Assembly: GCA_024711295.1 (NCBI GenBank)
Contig: JANJTB010000039.1
Location: 8,319-72,318 of the forward strand
Source of the DNA: a bacterium
GTDB lineage: Bacteria; Bacteroidota; Ignavibacteria; Kapaibacteriales; UBA2268
Reading direction: 5' to 3'
Length of the DNA: 64,000 nucleotides
How positions within the stretch are numbered: position 1 is the stretch's first letter; every line of letters starts with the position of its first letter. The position numbers and the translations under genes are program-made. Under the pieces are notes generated by a model that was given only the letters and a program-made list of their open reading frames with translations, had not been told where the DNA came from and ran no database searches. Positions 1-12,900 of the stretch are shown here, piece after piece.

Positions 1-2678
1 GTGGTCGTAAATCTATCTTAGGCTCATCTGAACCATTGTATGTTGTTGATGGCGTTATTATTGATAACTCATCATTATATGATGGCAGTGGAGTCGTTCA
101 GTTTTCAAACCGTGCTGTTGATATTAACCCTCAGGATATTGAGTCAATGGAAATTCTTAAGGGTGCATCTGCAGCGGCAATTTATGGTTCGCAGGCTGCT
201 AACGGTGTTATTTTGATAACAACCAAGAAAGGTAAACTGTCAAGTTTTGACAAGCCTGCCCAAATTACATACAATTCATCGCTGACCGTTGATGAAAAAA
301 TTGGAGAGGTTCCTCTTCAGACTAAATACGGTCAAAGAGTTCCCTGGACACCTGCAAGAGTAGGTTCCAATGATTCTTGGGGCGCTGAATTACCAGCCGG
401 AACTGCTGTTTACAACCATGCCGAGGAGCCATTCCGCACAGCTTTGTCTCATGAGCAATCTCTTACTATTTCCGGTGGTGTACCACAGTTTGACTATATG
501 ATCAATGGAACTTATACAGATATGCAGGGTTTTGTTGAGGGCTCAGATCTTACTCGCTCTAGTATTCGTGCTAATTTAGGTGCATCAATATTGCCCGGAT
601 TGTCCCTGCAAATGAATAATAACTTTGTATCTACCGACAATAGTTTACCTCAGGACGGATCGAATACTTCCGGTATTTTGCTGGGTGCTTTACGCTCACC
701 ACCAGAATTTAACAATAAAGATTATCTAAAACCTGATGGTGCTCAACGTAGATTTGGTACTTATGATAATCCGATCTGGACTCAAAAAGTGAACACTTTT
801 AACCAAAAGATTGAACGTATCATCCATAGCAGTGAATTAAAGTGGATGGTTTTAGACGGTCTTTCTTTGAATGGACGTCTAGGTATCGACCGTTATGAAT
901 ATACTACTTATGAGAGGTTAGCACTAGATGCTGCCGGTTCGCCTAATAGAGAAGGTTCAATAGGTACCGGTAGAATCACCAATAGGCAACTAAATCTTGA
1001 CTTTACGGCTAATTATCAGACAAGTTTCTTTGATGATGCTTTAAGAACTACATTTGTACTTGGCAGCCAAAATATTTGGTCAACAAGAAGTACTATAGGT
1101 GCTGATGCAGAAAGAACATTACCTTTCTATGACATGATTTCAGCAGGTGCTGTACGTGACGGTTCATCAGGTCTTACTGAAATCGAGAGAGGAGGTATTT
1201 TTACTCAGGTAACGGGAACTTACCTGAATAGATTCTCTCTTACTTTAGGTGTTAGACGTGACGGTAGTTCTACATACAATCAAGACCAAAATTACTTCTA
1301 TTTCCCTCGTATAAGTATGTCTTATACAGTTTCAGACGAACCATTCTGGGATGATTTACGTGGATTTGTTAGCAACTTCCGTATCCGTGGAGCATGGGGC
1401 GAAGCAGGTTCTCCAAGTTTACCTGATGCTTACGCTACTAACTTCTTGTATGGTACAGCAGGATTTTTTGACCCATGGGGAAGAAGTACTCTTGTTACTC
1501 GTAATGGATTTAGCGGTATTCGTCCCGGTGGTGGTACAACTAGCGATTCTTACACTGTAGCTGGCGCTTTGGATATTCTTCCTGAATTAACAATTGAGAA
1601 GGAAGTCGGTTTTGATATGGGCTTCTTTGACAATATGTTTAACTTAGAATTGACATATTATCATCAGGCTATTTTTGATATGATATTATTGGTTCCTGTG
1701 CCAACTTCAACAGGCTTTGACCGTAAACTTAGCAATGCTGCTGAAATGTGGAACTCAGGTCTCGAAGTTGCATTAAGAGCTACTCCTTACAGTTCAGAAA
1801 ATTTCACTTGGACAACTATTCTTAATTACTCTACATTTGATAACTTAGTTACCAAATTAAACGTAAGCCCAATGAATAATCCTGGTGAATTTGTTACTTT
1901 GGGTGGTGGATTTGTTGGTATCCAAAATATCGCCATGAAAGGCAAGAGACTAGGTACATTCTTTGGTTATGGCTGGCTCAGAGATAACAATGGAGATATT
2001 CTTTACTCTGGTGATAAGATCAGAACTGAAACTGCTCCTGATGGTTCAACCATATATATTAAAGATGAAAATGGTACTGAACTTCTTGATGATTGGGGAA
2101 TCGGACTTAAGGGTGCTCCGATGCAAAATACTGACCAAATAGTTATCGGTGATGCTAACCCTGATTTCCAACTTAGCTGGAGAAACGATTTTACCTTATT
2201 CAAAGACTTTACTATCGGATTCCTCTGGGATATGGTATGGGGATTTGATGTTTGGAATGGTACACGCGGTGCTCTTTACAACTTTGGTACTCACGGAGAT
2301 ACCGAAGACCGTAACGACCCATGGTTCAACTTTGCAGGCAATCCTGTTGTTGACCCCGATGGTAATCAGGCAACCAAAGAGTATTATTACAGATACTACG
2401 GCAATGGTTTCTATATTAACGAACCACATGTTCAGGATGGTTCATACATTAAATTGCGTGAGCTAACCTTTGAATATCGCTGGAGAGGACTCGAAGACTG
2501 GAAGATTAACTCCATAGTATTTAATTTCTCAGCACGTAACCTTTTTGTTTATGCTCCTAATTACACTGGTTACGACCCTGAAGTTAATACTTTCTCAGCT
2601 GCTGAGGGACGTGGATTTGACTACTTTACTCTTCCTCAGGTTCGTTCTTATCGTTTTGGTATTTCCCTAATTTATTAA
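1..2678 (+). CDS. SusC/RagA-family TonB-dependent outer-membrane transporter, C-terminal ~890 aa. The 5' end is cut by the window edge: the frame is open from nt 3 ([18 protein letters not shown]...) before the first Met at 36.
   Basis: Plug-domain motifs ([39 protein letters not shown]). Long Gly/Tyr/Asn-rich beta-barrel region. C-terminal ...[11 protein letters not shown] ending in an aromatic residue, typical of TonB-dependent barrels. Immediately followed by a SusD-like gene. Confidence 0.85.
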   Translation, partial: GRKSILGSSEPLYVVDGVIIDNSSLYDGSGVVQFSNRAVDINPQDIESMEILKGASAAAIYGSQAANGVILITTKKGKLSSFDKPAQITYNSSLTVDEKIGEVPLQTKYGQRVPWTPARVGSNDSWGAELPAGTAVYNHAEEPFRTALSHEQSLTISGGVPQFDYMINGTYTDMQGFVEGSDLTRSSIRANLGASILPGLSLQMNNNFVSTDNSLPQDGSNTSGILLGALRSPPEFNNKDYLKPDGAQRRFGTYDNPIWTQKVNTFNQKIERIIHSSELKWMVLDGLSLNGRLGIDRYEYTTYERLALDAAGSPNREGSIGTGRITNRQLNLDFTANYQTSFFDDALRTTFVLGSQNIWSTRSTIGADAERTLPFYDMISAGAVRDGSSGLTEIERGGIFTQVTGTYLNRFSLTLGVRRDGSSTYNQDQNYFYFPRISMSYTVSDEPFWDDLRGFVSNFRIRGAWGEAGSPSLPDAYATNFLYGTAGFFDPWGRSTLVTRNGFSGIRPGGGTTSDSYTVAGALDILPELTIEKEVGFDMGFFDNMFNLELTYYHQAIFDMILLVPVPTSTGFDRKLSNAAEMWNSGLEVALRATPYSSENFTWTTILNYSTFDNLVTKLNVSPMNNPGEFVTLGGGFVGIQNIAMKGKRLGTFFGYGWLRDNNGDILYSGDKIRTETAPDGSTIYIKDENGTELLDDWGIGLKGAPMQNTDQIVIGDANPDFQLSWRNDFTLFKDFTIGFLWDMVWGFDVWNGTRGALYNFGTHGDTEDRNDPWFNFAGNPVVDPDGNQATKEYYYRYYGNGFYINEPHVQDGSYIKLRELTFEYRWRGLEDWKINSIVFNFSARNLFVYAPNYTGYDPEVNTFSAAEGRGFDYFTLPQVRSYRFGISLIY

Positions 2679-2694
2679 TCAAGAGGTGTGCAAT

Positions 2695-4056
2695 ATGAAA
2701 TCGAATAAAGAAAATAAAATAATGAGAATCCCATTTATTGCCATCCTTGCTGCGTTTATGGTTGTAATACTTGCTTCATGCGAAATTGACTCAAGTATTA
2801 ATAATTCTCCCAATGCCATTAACGAAGAGAAAGTGAAATCTGTAGATGGAATAAATGGTTTAATGATTGGTATGCAAGTTGCCTGCGGCGATTTTTACTC
2901 AGGTGACAGATCAAGAATCGGCTCTATGTGGGCGCAGCAAATGTGTGCTCCCGAAGGTCTTGGACGTCCACAACCTGTAAGCTGGAATAACTATCAAATG
3001 CAGACTGACGGGTTTGTTGATGATATGTGGCTGCTTGGTTTCCGTGGTGTACGTTTGGCTAATGACGTTATTCGTTATGCACCGGACGTTAAGCTGGGAG
3101 ATCCTGCAGAAACTTATTCAAATGTTTATGTTGGTATAGCTAAAGTTTACAAAGCTTTGATGCTTGGTGAATTAGCTGCTTACTACGGTTCAATTCCGAT
3201 TGACATCCCACGCGATCTTACTCCTCCGCAGTTTGTTACTCAAGCTGCTGCTTATGATGAAGTTCAAAAACTTTTGACTGAAGCACTTGGTCATTTGGAA
3301 ACTTCTGCTACTGTAACTCGCGACCTTAATTTCCAAGGTAATGTTGATAAATGGAAACCTGTTATCCATTCTTTGAAGGCAAGATATTATCTGCATGTCA
3401 AGAACTATGCTCAAGCACTTTCTGAAGCTGAGCTTGGTGTTAATGACCCTACTGTGAAACTACTGTCATTCTACAATGAAACCGCAGGTGAGTATTCTCC
3501 TTGGGGACATTGGGCACTGACTGAAGTTGGACAGCCTTTGCGTGCTACAAATACTTTTGTTAACGCTCTCAAAACTACAGGCGATACTCGTTTGACTACT
3601 TATTTCAATCCTGATGCAAATGGTGATTTCTGGGGTTATGCTTACTTTGTTAAAGAAGGTGCAGACACTATGGAAACCAAAAACACTAATTTGGTTACTT
3701 TGAATAAGTATGGCAAGTATGGAGATGATTTCCCACTTATTTCTTACGAAGAAACTATGTTCATCAAAGCGGAAGCTAAACAGCGTACAAGTGGCTCGGG
3801 ACTTGCTGAGCTAAATGCTATGCGCGGTACTTTCGGTATTGGTGATTATTCAGGAACTGATGTTTTAGGTGAAATTCTAAAGCAAAAATTCCTCACTCTG
3901 TTTCTCGAAGGTCAGAGTTATACTGATATGAGAAGAAGTGGTACTTTGCCAAACGCTAATGTTCCTAAGAGATTCATCTATCCTCAGTCAGAAAAGAACG
4001 CTAATCCTAACGTTCCTGCTGATGGCGATGGTTTGGTAGGCGCTATTCTTCCATAA
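2695..4056 (+). CDS. SusD/RagB-family nutrient-binding outer-membrane lipoprotein
   Basis: Lipoprotein signal (…ILASCEIDSS) directly after a SusC-like gene, 8-nt gap. ~450 aa helical/TPR-like composition typical of SusD. AGAGG Shine-Dalgarno before the ATG at 2695, so the second Met is preferred over 2686. Confidence 0.8.
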   Translation: MKSNKENKIMRIPFIAILAAFMVVILASCEIDSSINNSPNAINEEKVKSVDGINGLMIGMQVACGDFYSGDRSRIGSMWAQQMCAPEGLGRPQPVSWNNYQMQTDGFVDDMWLLGFRGVRLANDVIRYAPDVKLGDPAETYSNVYVGIAKVYKALMLGELAAYYGSIPIDIPRDLTPPQFVTQAAAYDEVQKLLTEALGHLETSATVTRDLNFQGNVDKWKPVIHSLKARYYLHVKNYAQALSEAELGVNDPTVKLLSFYNETAGEYSPWGHWALTEVGQPLRATNTFVNALKTTGDTRLTTYFNPDANGDFWGYAYFVKEGADTMETKNTNLVTLNKYGKYGDDFPLISYEETMFIKAEAKQRTSGSGLAELNAMRGTFGIGDYSGTDVLGEILKQKFLTLFLEGQSYTDMRRSGTLPNANVPKRFIYPQSEKNANPNVPADGDGLVGAILP

Positions 4057-4079
4057 GATTCATCTGAATCATTACAAAG

Positions 4080-4115
4080 TGGGCCCGATTTATCGTCGGG
4101 TCCATTTTTGTTTTT
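4080..4115 (+). terminator. Rho-independent terminator after the SusD-like gene
   Basis: tgggcccga / tcgggtcca stem (9 bp, 1 mismatch), loop tttatcg, followed by tttttgttttt. Lies between convergent genes. Confidence 0.5.
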
Positions 4116-4572
4116 ACTCAGGATGTGAATATTGATTTTTCTCTAATTCTTCTCTGTCGTATTTTCCGAATGTAGCTTCCAAGCCTCTTATGAACTCCGC
4201 ACTTTCAGTTTCGGATAAAACTGCTTCACTGTGCATAATTGTATATATCCACATGGGCATTTCTCCTGTTTTGAACTCATGGGCTGACTTCACTCCATCA
4301 TCGGCAACATATTCAGAGATATTAAAATGCTCGCGCCCCTCCTTTACGTCATATTCTACAAGGAACGATACCGGAGGTATGTGGCTGTACCAGGGCCACT
4401 TTGTTTCATTGCTGTGACAATCGCCGCAGACACGCATAAATGTAGCTTTTGTTTCGGGTGAGTCCCAGTTTGGTGAATTTTTTACCGCGGGATTCTCGTG
4501 CTTTACGAGTATTAGCTGTAAAACAAACAAAATCGCAACTGCCGATAATCCGATAATATACTTCTTATTCAT
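4114..4572 (-). CDS. Small secreted/membrane-anchored haem-binding-domain protein (CxxCH)
   Basis: N-terminal hydrophobic anchor, then CGDCHS (CxxCH haem c attachment motif) and the ETKWPWY..VSFLVEYDVKEGREHFNISEY pattern of the 'haem-binding domain' family (PF14376-like). Confidence 0.55.
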   Translation of the reverse strand: MNKKYIIGLSAVAILFVLQLILVKHENPAVKNSPNWDSPETKATFMRVCGDCHSNETKWPWYSHIPPVSFLVEYDVKEGREHFNISEYVADDGVKSAHEFKTGEMPMWIYTIMHSEAVLSETESAEFIRGLEATFGKYDREELEKNQYSHPE

Positions 4573-4590
4573 ATATATATACTCCTACAA

Positions 4591-5391
4591 TTAAAATTCC
4601 AATACAATAGGGCAGTGATCAGAGCCCTCTACATCAGGAAGGTGATAGGAATTTTTGATATTATTCACCAGAGAGCCGTTAACAAAATGGTAGTCTATAC
4701 GCCAGCCCACATTATTCTCACGTGCACGCGCTCTGTTGCTCCACCATGTGTAATTATCCGGCTCCTTATTGAATATTCTGAATGTATCAACGTAGCCCTG
4801 CCGCTCTATGAAGTCAAGCTTCTCGCGCTCGACTGGCATAAATCCCGATGTCTCGATATTCTCCTTCGGGCGTGCCAAATCTATCTCGTGGTGAGCTGTA
4901 TTGTAGTCACCGCATACTATTATATTACGTCCATCTTTGCGATATGGTTCAAGGAAGGAGAATAATGCATCGTAAAACTCAAGTTTGTACTCTACGCGAT
5001 GCATTCCTGATGTTCCATTGGGGAAATATACATTAAAGAGTATGAAATCATCAAAATCTGTGGCTACAACTCGTCCCTCGATGTCGAATTTTTCCACCCC
5101 AATATCTGTGAAGCTGCTTTTTGCCTCCCTACGGGAATAAGTTACAACTCCGCTGTAGCCTTTCTTAGCTTTGGAATGATTGAAATAACCGCTATATCCC
5201 TCGGGATAGCGTAATTCGGGGAGTATTTGCTCTGCCTCTGCTTTGGTTTCCTGTATGCAAATTATGTCCGGTTGCTCTGATTCTATAAAATCAAACAGTT
5301 TGTTGTCTTTGGAAACTGTGTTAAATTTCTTCGATGGATTTTGCCCAAGTATCGAGCGGATGCCATTTACATTCCAAGATATTATTTTCAT
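4591..5391 (-). CDS. xth: Exodeoxyribonuclease III (AP endonuclease, ExoIII/APE1 family)
   Basis: MKIISWNVNGIRS N-terminus, ...QETK..., GDYN, and C-terminal SDHCP catalytic motifs of the EEP-fold ExoIII family. Full-length at 266 aa. Confidence 0.9.
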   Translation of the reverse strand: MKIISWNVNGIRSILGQNPSKKFNTVSKDNKLFDFIESEQPDIICIQETKAEAEQILPELRYPEGYSGYFNHSKAKKGYSGVVTYSRREAKSSFTDIGVEKFDIEGRVVATDFDDFILFNVYFPNGTSGMHRVEYKLEFYDALFSFLEPYRKDGRNIIVCGDYNTAHHEIDLARPKENIETSGFMPVEREKLDFIERQGYVDTFRIFNKEPDNYTWWSNRARARENNVGWRIDYHFVNGSLVNNIKNSYHLPDVEGSDHCPIVLEF

Positions 5392-5661
5392 ACTTAATTT
5401 ATATTTATTTATAACAAAACTTGCTTAACGAAAGATATACAATTTTGTTATCTTTGCTAAAGTTTTTAAATTATGTGACGATAAGAGATTAACAAAAAAT
5501 TCATCAATTTTTAACACTCAATTGCCGACTGAATATTATTTTTACTACATAGCTGTTTTTTTCTTGCTATTAACTTTATTTTTTATATATTTGAATAAGC
5601 ATAGAAAGGTAATGACAAATTGATTTTTTTATTAGGTAGTTAATATTGATAATATTGCTGG

Positions 5662-6735
5662 GTGTTAATATTGAGTAAGTTTTTGTTTTATATATGTTTA
5701 TCGCTTTTATGCTGTTTGACGGTTATTAGCTATGAAGCCAAATCTAATGTAATTGTCAACGAAAAGTCCCACAATTTTGCAGTTTTGTCGGTGAATACCG
5801 ATACTAAATTTTCGAAAGACATTCTGGTTATCTTGCGAGAAAAAAAATCTCCCCCACCTAAAATTAAAACAGACTATAAGTACAATTTTATACATAATCT
5901 TAACAATTTAGATTCATCTGCTATGGCGGGTGATGGCAACTACGTAATTTTCAACAAAGACTCCGAAACAAATATCCGAATCGAGTCACTGAAGCCCGAT
6001 ACCTATTATATCCTTGATACTTACAAAGCTTCGGGCAATTCAAAGATTGCCGAGAAAATTGCTTCGCTCGAGTTCACTACTCTGGCAGAGCAACCTCTGC
6101 GTCAGGTTCAGATGATTCTTTGGGCTGATGTTACAAAAAACAGCTTCAAGCTGTTATCCGAGGGGGCACAAAGCCAAAACGTTATGTATGTGGTAAGCAA
6201 GGGCGAAAACGATTTCGTTCCGGTTGATGCTACATCGTACAAGGCAAATGCCACTTTCGGAAAAGGTTTTGAAGCCGCTAACGGTGTCTATGTTGTTAAG
6301 TCTGATGCTGATACTTCAAAGATTTTTTCCGTAAACGGTTTAGAGCCGGGAACTGCTTATTACGTAAGGGCTTATGCTCTGAATGGTAAAGGGCAGTCTG
6401 TGAATTATCACGAAGAAGTGGTGAAAAAAAGAAATTCTGTTAAAATTATCACAAAACTCGAAACTCCTGTCATCAAAAGCTTTAATTGTCCTCAGACTGG
6501 GGCTTGCAGAGTGGAGTGGGCTAAAGTTAAAGGAGCTGATACTTATATCCTTGAGCTTTCGAATGATGACAAATTCGAAACTCTACACGAAATTTACAAC
6601 GCTCTCGATGTCGGTGATGTGGATTCTTATGTTTTTGACGAATTAGAGAGTAATCGTACTTACTTCATTAGAATCAAAGCGTTAGGCAAAGTTGCCGAAT
6701 CCGACTATTCTAATCATCTAAGTAAAAAACTGTAA
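5662..6735 (+). CDS. Hypothetical exported protein with fibronectin-III-like segments
   Basis: N-terminal hydrophobic signal/anchor. Repeated FN3-like signatures (LKPDTYYILDTYKASGNS; LEPGTAYYVRAYALNGKGQS; RTYFIRIKALGK). No recognisable enzymatic motif. Confidence 0.45.
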   Translation: MLILSKFLFYICLSLLCCLTVISYEAKSNVIVNEKSHNFAVLSVNTDTKFSKDILVILREKKSPPPKIKTDYKYNFIHNLNNLDSSAMAGDGNYVIFNKDSETNIRIESLKPDTYYILDTYKASGNSKIAEKIASLEFTTLAEQPLRQVQMILWADVTKNSFKLLSEGAQSQNVMYVVSKGENDFVPVDATSYKANATFGKGFEAANGVYVVKSDADTSKIFSVNGLEPGTAYYVRAYALNGKGQSVNYHEEVVKKRNSVKIITKLETPVIKSFNCPQTGACRVEWAKVKGADTYILELSNDDKFETLHEIYNALDVGDVDSYVFDELESNRTYFIRIKALGKVAESDYSNHLSKKL

Positions 6736-6905
6736 ATTTTTTTGCTTGTTTATTGTTTTTATTTATGTTATTTTCATAATGACATATTTTGCCGATTTTG
6801 AATTTCAATTTTCAAAATTGCATTTTTTGTTCTTTTAAAAACTTGTTTTGTATATGTGAAAAAACTAAGTAATTACTAATTGTTCTATTTTTTAAAGGTT
6901 TTATT

Positions 6906-9900
6906 ATGAAACGTTTTATCTCGTTTTTGATAGTGGGAGTGCTTGCTACTCTGCTTTCTATCAATGAGGTATTCGCTCTGCCACCTTCTACGCAGGCATA
7001 TAACGTTACGTTTACCACTTTGGCAAACGGAAAGTTAAGAGTCATTGCGACGAAGGGTAACGGAACACATCGTGCTATAGCGATTGAGCAAGGTGCTACT
7101 GTTACCGGCTTGCCATCCGGTACTTATACCGGCGATGCGGATTACTTGAATGCTCCTGACATAGATGGTGCCGGAGCTGGGCTTGCACGCATTGTATATT
7201 TTGGTACAGACAGAAGAGTGGATATCGAAAACCTCACACCGGGTACTCAATATACCGTTAAGGTATTTGAGTATAATGTTGACGGATATAATGTAGCCGA
7301 TGCTACAAATAACCCCCGGTCTTATACCACATTGCCGGCAGCACCTGCTTTAACAGCTGCTACCGCAATTACTTCTTCCGGCTTTACAATTAACTGGAAT
7401 GACCCTGCCGGTACTTGGGATGGATTCGAAATTACTGTCGGTCTGACAAGTAATTTCTCCTCTTGGGCAGCGGGTTGGAATCCATACAGTGTTGGAGCAG
7501 CTGTAAATTCTCAGGCATTTACAGGCAATACAAATACTACATATTTCTACAGAATAAGGTCAACACTTGGTAGTGCTCGCAGTGCTTGGAATACTGCGGC
7601 TACTTCTGTTACTACTTATCCTGTAACTGCTACATTAGCTGAAGCAAGTGGCGCAGTATGTTTGGGTAATTCCTACTATCTTACTCCAACCGGTCCAACT
7701 CCGGGTGATGGCACTAACGAACATAAATTTAAAGTTTATGATAGTGGCAATAACTTAGTTAATCTTGGTGGATTTGCATATACTGTAATTCCACTTACTC
7801 CTTTATCAGTTGGTACTTATACCTATACTGTTGCTACTGTAAGCAACAAAACAGGTGAAGAAACTCCTGAAAGGACTACATTTATATTATATGTTAATGA
7901 GCCCGGTACTACTGCTGTAGTTGGTGACATTGCTGATATTTGTGCACTTGGCACTTATACACTAACTCTTACAGGTATCCAACCTGTAAACGGCGAAGGT
8001 ACATGGACTTATTCAGGTCCTGAAGGTGCAATTATCGCTGATGATAATTTGTTCAACTCAGAAGTTGAATTAGTTAATTACGGTGTATATTCTTTCACAT
8101 GGACTATTACATCCGAAGGTTGTAATACTACTTCTGACGAAGTAACATTTAATTACTATGCTACTCCTGATCTTGCAGTTGCAGGCGATGATGACTACTA
8201 TTGTGGTCTCACTGGTTTGCTTGATGGTAATGATCCCGTAAACGGTGAAGGTACTTGGACTTATTCAGGTCCCGGCACTATAACTTTTGTTGACGATAAT
8301 CTTTATAATACAGAATTTACTGCATCAACCTATGGAATTTACACATTTACATGGACAATTGCAAACGGTACCTGTACTCCAAATTCTGATGAAGTTGTAT
8401 TAACAATAGACCAGGAACCTACCGAAGCTGTTGCTGGTGAAGATGATGGTATATGCGTACCGACAGGTACAACTACAATCACTTATACTTTAGCAGCTAC
8501 TCCTGTAACTGTTGGTTCAGGTGAATGGACTGCTGTAGGTGGAGCAACATTTGATGATGAAACAAGTCCAAATGCAGTTGTTACAGTTCCTACTGTTGGT
8601 ACTTATACATTGACTTGGACAACATATTCACCATATTATGATGATGAAAGTGAGTCATCATGTCAACCAAGTTCAAGTGAAGTAGTTTTAGTATTCAGCC
8701 CTGCTATTGACCAGGCTGAAATTAATGAAACTACTGTGCTTGAAAGCATTGAATGTGGTGATTTAGATGTTCAGTTAATAGCTAATGACCCTGCTGTAGG
8801 TAATGGCTTGTGGACTGTATCAGGTCCTCAGGGTGCAACATATGAACTCTTCTTCGAAGATTTCAGCGATGCAATCTTTGTTACCGATACTTATGGCACA
8901 TATACTTTAACTTGGACAATTTCTGACCCGAACGGTGTTTGCGAAGATACTTACGAAGCAATCACTTTTGAGTTGGCTCCTGTTCCTGACCCTGCCATTA
9001 TTCCTAACAAAACTGAAGTTAACTTTGCTTGTGGCAAAACTACTACTTTAGTTGCTCAAGAGGTTAATGTCGGTACTGGTACATGGACAGTTAATGAAGA
9101 AACAGCTCCCGAAGGTGCTCAATTCTCATTTACAACCAACATTAATGCCAATACAGTAACATTTGTCACTGATACTTATGGTGCTTACAACTTTACATGG
9201 ACTGTCGTAGGTTGTACTCCTAATAACTCTGACAATATCACTGTAACATTCTATAATGAAATGGCTGGTTGGACTGCAGGCGAAGACCAGACAGCATGTT
9301 TGGGTGTTGACTTACCTATGACAGGTTCTACTAATCCGACAGTTTATACTGAAGGTATTGGCAATCCTGTTCCTAATGGTGAGTGGATAAAGGTTTCCGG
9401 ACCTTTTGGTGTTGTTGACTTCACTCCTGACAGATTTACATATAATGCCACTGCAGATTTCCCTGCTATAGGTACTTATGTATTGGAATGGAGAGGTTAC
9501 AACGGTCCTTGCGTTGTTAGCGACACTAAAACTGTTGTTGTTGTTGAGTCCGAAGTTGTTACATTCAACGATTTAGAGTTCAGCTACTGTAACAATGAAT
9601 CAAACTTAACTGCTTCATTATCAGCTACACCAACAGGTGGTACTTTTAGTGGTTCAGGTGTTTCAGGTGATATATTTAGCCCATTCGGACTAAATGCAGG
9701 TACTTATACTTTAACATATACATACAATCAACCTGCAGGTTGTACTTTGTATGACTATGCTTCTGTTGTTGTTACTGCTCCTACTGTAATCACTTGGACT
9801 AATACTTATGAACTTTGTGAAAATGAAGGAATTAACTTAACTGAAGCTTCACCATCAGGTGGTGTTTATTCAGGTGATGGTATAATGGAAATTGGAGGTC

Positions 9901-12900
9901 AATATGGTATTTATCCTACAGGACCAGGTACATATACTATAACATATTCTTATGAAAATGTAGATGGTTGTACTTCGGTTGCGGAAAATACTTATGTTGT
10001 TTATCCTTTACCTGTAGTTTCATTTGATCCTGAAACTCCAACAATAGTTTGCCAAAACAGTGGTGTGATTGACTTTACTGAATTTGTTAGCCCAATGGGT
10101 GATGCGACTTGTGCTCAAAGTGACATCCTACAGCTAATTAATGATACTGAAGTTTATGCTTTTACTGTTTATGATGGTAGTACACTTAGTAATCAAAATT
10201 GTGGTACTTTTGATCCTAATTTTGAAGGACCGGGTACATACACAATCACTTACTATTATCGTGATGTGAATACTTGTATTAACACTGCTACTCACGTTAT
10301 TGAAGTTCAAGCTACACCAGATGTTTATTTTAATATTGGTAATGAAGAATATTGTGTGAATGACGACACAAATGTTGACTTGATGACTTATATCTCGAAT
10401 TATGATTTATGTACTGGTGGTACTTGGACATTCGGTGGACCAGGCGTTGACGCTCAGGCAGGCACATTCAATCCAAGTATGACCGGACTTACCGAGAGCG
10501 GACCTGTTACAATCAATTATACCTATGAATGCGGTTTTTGTACAGTTGAGGGTTATGCAGAAGTATTTATTGAAGTTCCGACAGCAATTGAATTCGGTGA
10601 TCCAATATTTGTATGTAATACTGCTGACGATATAGTACCATTAACTGGTTATGCAACGCCAACAGACGGTGAATTTATTGGCGAAGGTATTGTATTGGAA
10701 GAAGGTAATTACTCATTTGACCCATCATTGGTTCAACCGGGTATTCATACAATAACTTATACATACACTACATTTAAAAATGAGAGTGAAATTGTATTAT
10801 GTACAGTATCGTCAACATTCGAAATAGAAGTATATGCATTACCTGTTGTTGAGTTTGTAGAAGCTCCAACAATAGTTTGCGGTAATACAGATTACTTCTC
10901 ATTCGAAACTTACGTTTCACCAGAGCCAAACTGTATGCCGGTAGGTCACGAACAAGAAATCCCAGGCGGAAATGGTGAGTTTACATATAGCGGTGAGTTT
11001 GGCGGCTATTGTGGAGAATTTAACCCAAGTCAAGTTGGAGTTGGTACTTATACTGTAACATATACATATACTAATGAAAACAATTGTACAGACTTTGCAA
11101 CACACGAATTCGAAGTTGTTGCACCACCGGTAGTTACTTTCGATGGAGAAGGTACACCTACATTCTGTACTACATATTCAGATGGTATTGACCTTACTAT
11201 ATTTGCATCTCCGGTAGGTGGTACATTTAGTGGTTCGGGCGTGCAGGGCGACTTCTTTACACCTTCAAGTGTAGGCGTTGCAGGTACATACACATTAACT
11301 TATACAGTTACAGATCAACTAACAGGTTGTACAAACTTTGATGAAATGGAATTTGTATTAGTTGCTCCTACTCCTATCACATGGACAAACACTTACGAAG
11401 TATGTGCTAACGGTTCAGTTATTGAACTTTCAGGTGATGCGTTACCTGTAGGTGGTACTTACAGTGGTACAAATGTATCAGGTGGCAACTTTGACCCAAC
11501 AGGCTTGAGCGTAGGTCAATATACAATAACTTACACTTATGATAATGATTACTGCGTAACAACAGCAACTAAGATTGTTTATGTACGTCAAAATCCTGAT
11601 ATTTCATGGCCCGACTATCCAAACAATAACACATTCTGTGTACAAAGCACAAGTGTAGATATCAGAAATGCAACACCATCAGGTGGTTCATTCACTATCA
11701 TACCTAACCTTGGTCTTGAAATCACAGGTAACCCATTCGACCCATCAGCGGTTGGTGTCGGTACATACACACTTACTTATACCTATATCAATGTATTTGG
11801 TTGTGTTGATGTCGAAACTAAAGTTATCAGCATTATTGATGAGCCAACTTCAGTTGCATTCAGCAATCCTGAAGGTTCATTCTGTAATGATGATGAAACA
11901 GGTTTTGATTTGACAACTTTGGCAAGCCCTGCCGGCGGTACATTCGCAGGCGCAGGTGTTGAAGGCACTACATTTAGCCCATTTGGATTAAATGCAGGAA
12001 CTTATACATTGACATACTCATTAACTCATGCATGTGGCGATTATTTCGATACAGCAGAGTTTATCGTAGTTGCTCCTGCAACAATAGTATGGGAACTTAA
12101 CACAGCAACAGTATGCGCAACAGAAACATCATTTGATATCGGTGGCGCTACCCCTACAGGTGGTACTTACAACGGTGGTTCAATCATTCTTGACGGAACT
12201 ACATTCAACCCATCTACAGCAAGTGTTGGTCTTCATGTATTTACATACACTTATGTTGATGGTCCTTGCGAATCAGTAGCAACATTAGAAGTAGAAGTTG
12301 TTCCTGCTCCGGTTGTAACATGGACACAAACATTTGCAGATTACTATTGTGCTAATGACAATAGTGGAATCGCTCTTACAGGCGCTCCTGCAAACGGTCA
12401 GTACACAGTAGAACCATCTACAAATGCACTGTCATTAGGTACATTTACTCCTTCAATGGCAGAAGCCGGTACTTACACAATTACTTATACAGTAACAATC
12501 GGCTCATGTTCTGACTATGCAACTCAGACAATCGTTGTAGCTCCACTTCCTGAAGTATCAGCAGGCGTTTATGAAAATGTTTGTATAACAGCTTCTTCAT
12601 TCACACTTACAGCAGGTACACCTGAAGGTGGCAATTACTCAGGTAACGGTGTATTATCAAATGTATTCAACCCGGCTTCTGCAGGCGTTGGTATCCATAC
12701 ATTGACATATACATACCAAGATCCTGTAACATTGTGCTACAACAGTGCAACAACTACAATTCAGGTAGATGAACAACCAGTTATCTCCTGGACAGCAACA
12801 TACGGTCCATACTGCGAAAGTGACGAGTCAACTTATCAATTCAATGCTCAGGCATCAATTGGTATCGGCGAGTACTCAGGTCCTGGTGTTGATGGTGGAT

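Noticed and set aside
1351-2466. ORFs of 66-105 aa (1351-1560 +, 2003-2203 -, 2149-2466 +, 2196-2429 -) nested inside or antisense to the SusC-like gene
   Set aside because: Fully contained in a long, well-supported gene. No start context or conserved motifs. Typical spurious frames.
5392-5661. 270-nt AT-rich intergenic region with short direct repeats (ttaatattga...), considered as a small RNA or a mobile-element remnant
   Set aside because: No terminal inverted repeats, no ORF, no stable hairpins. Most simply a divergent promoter region for xth and the 5662 gene.
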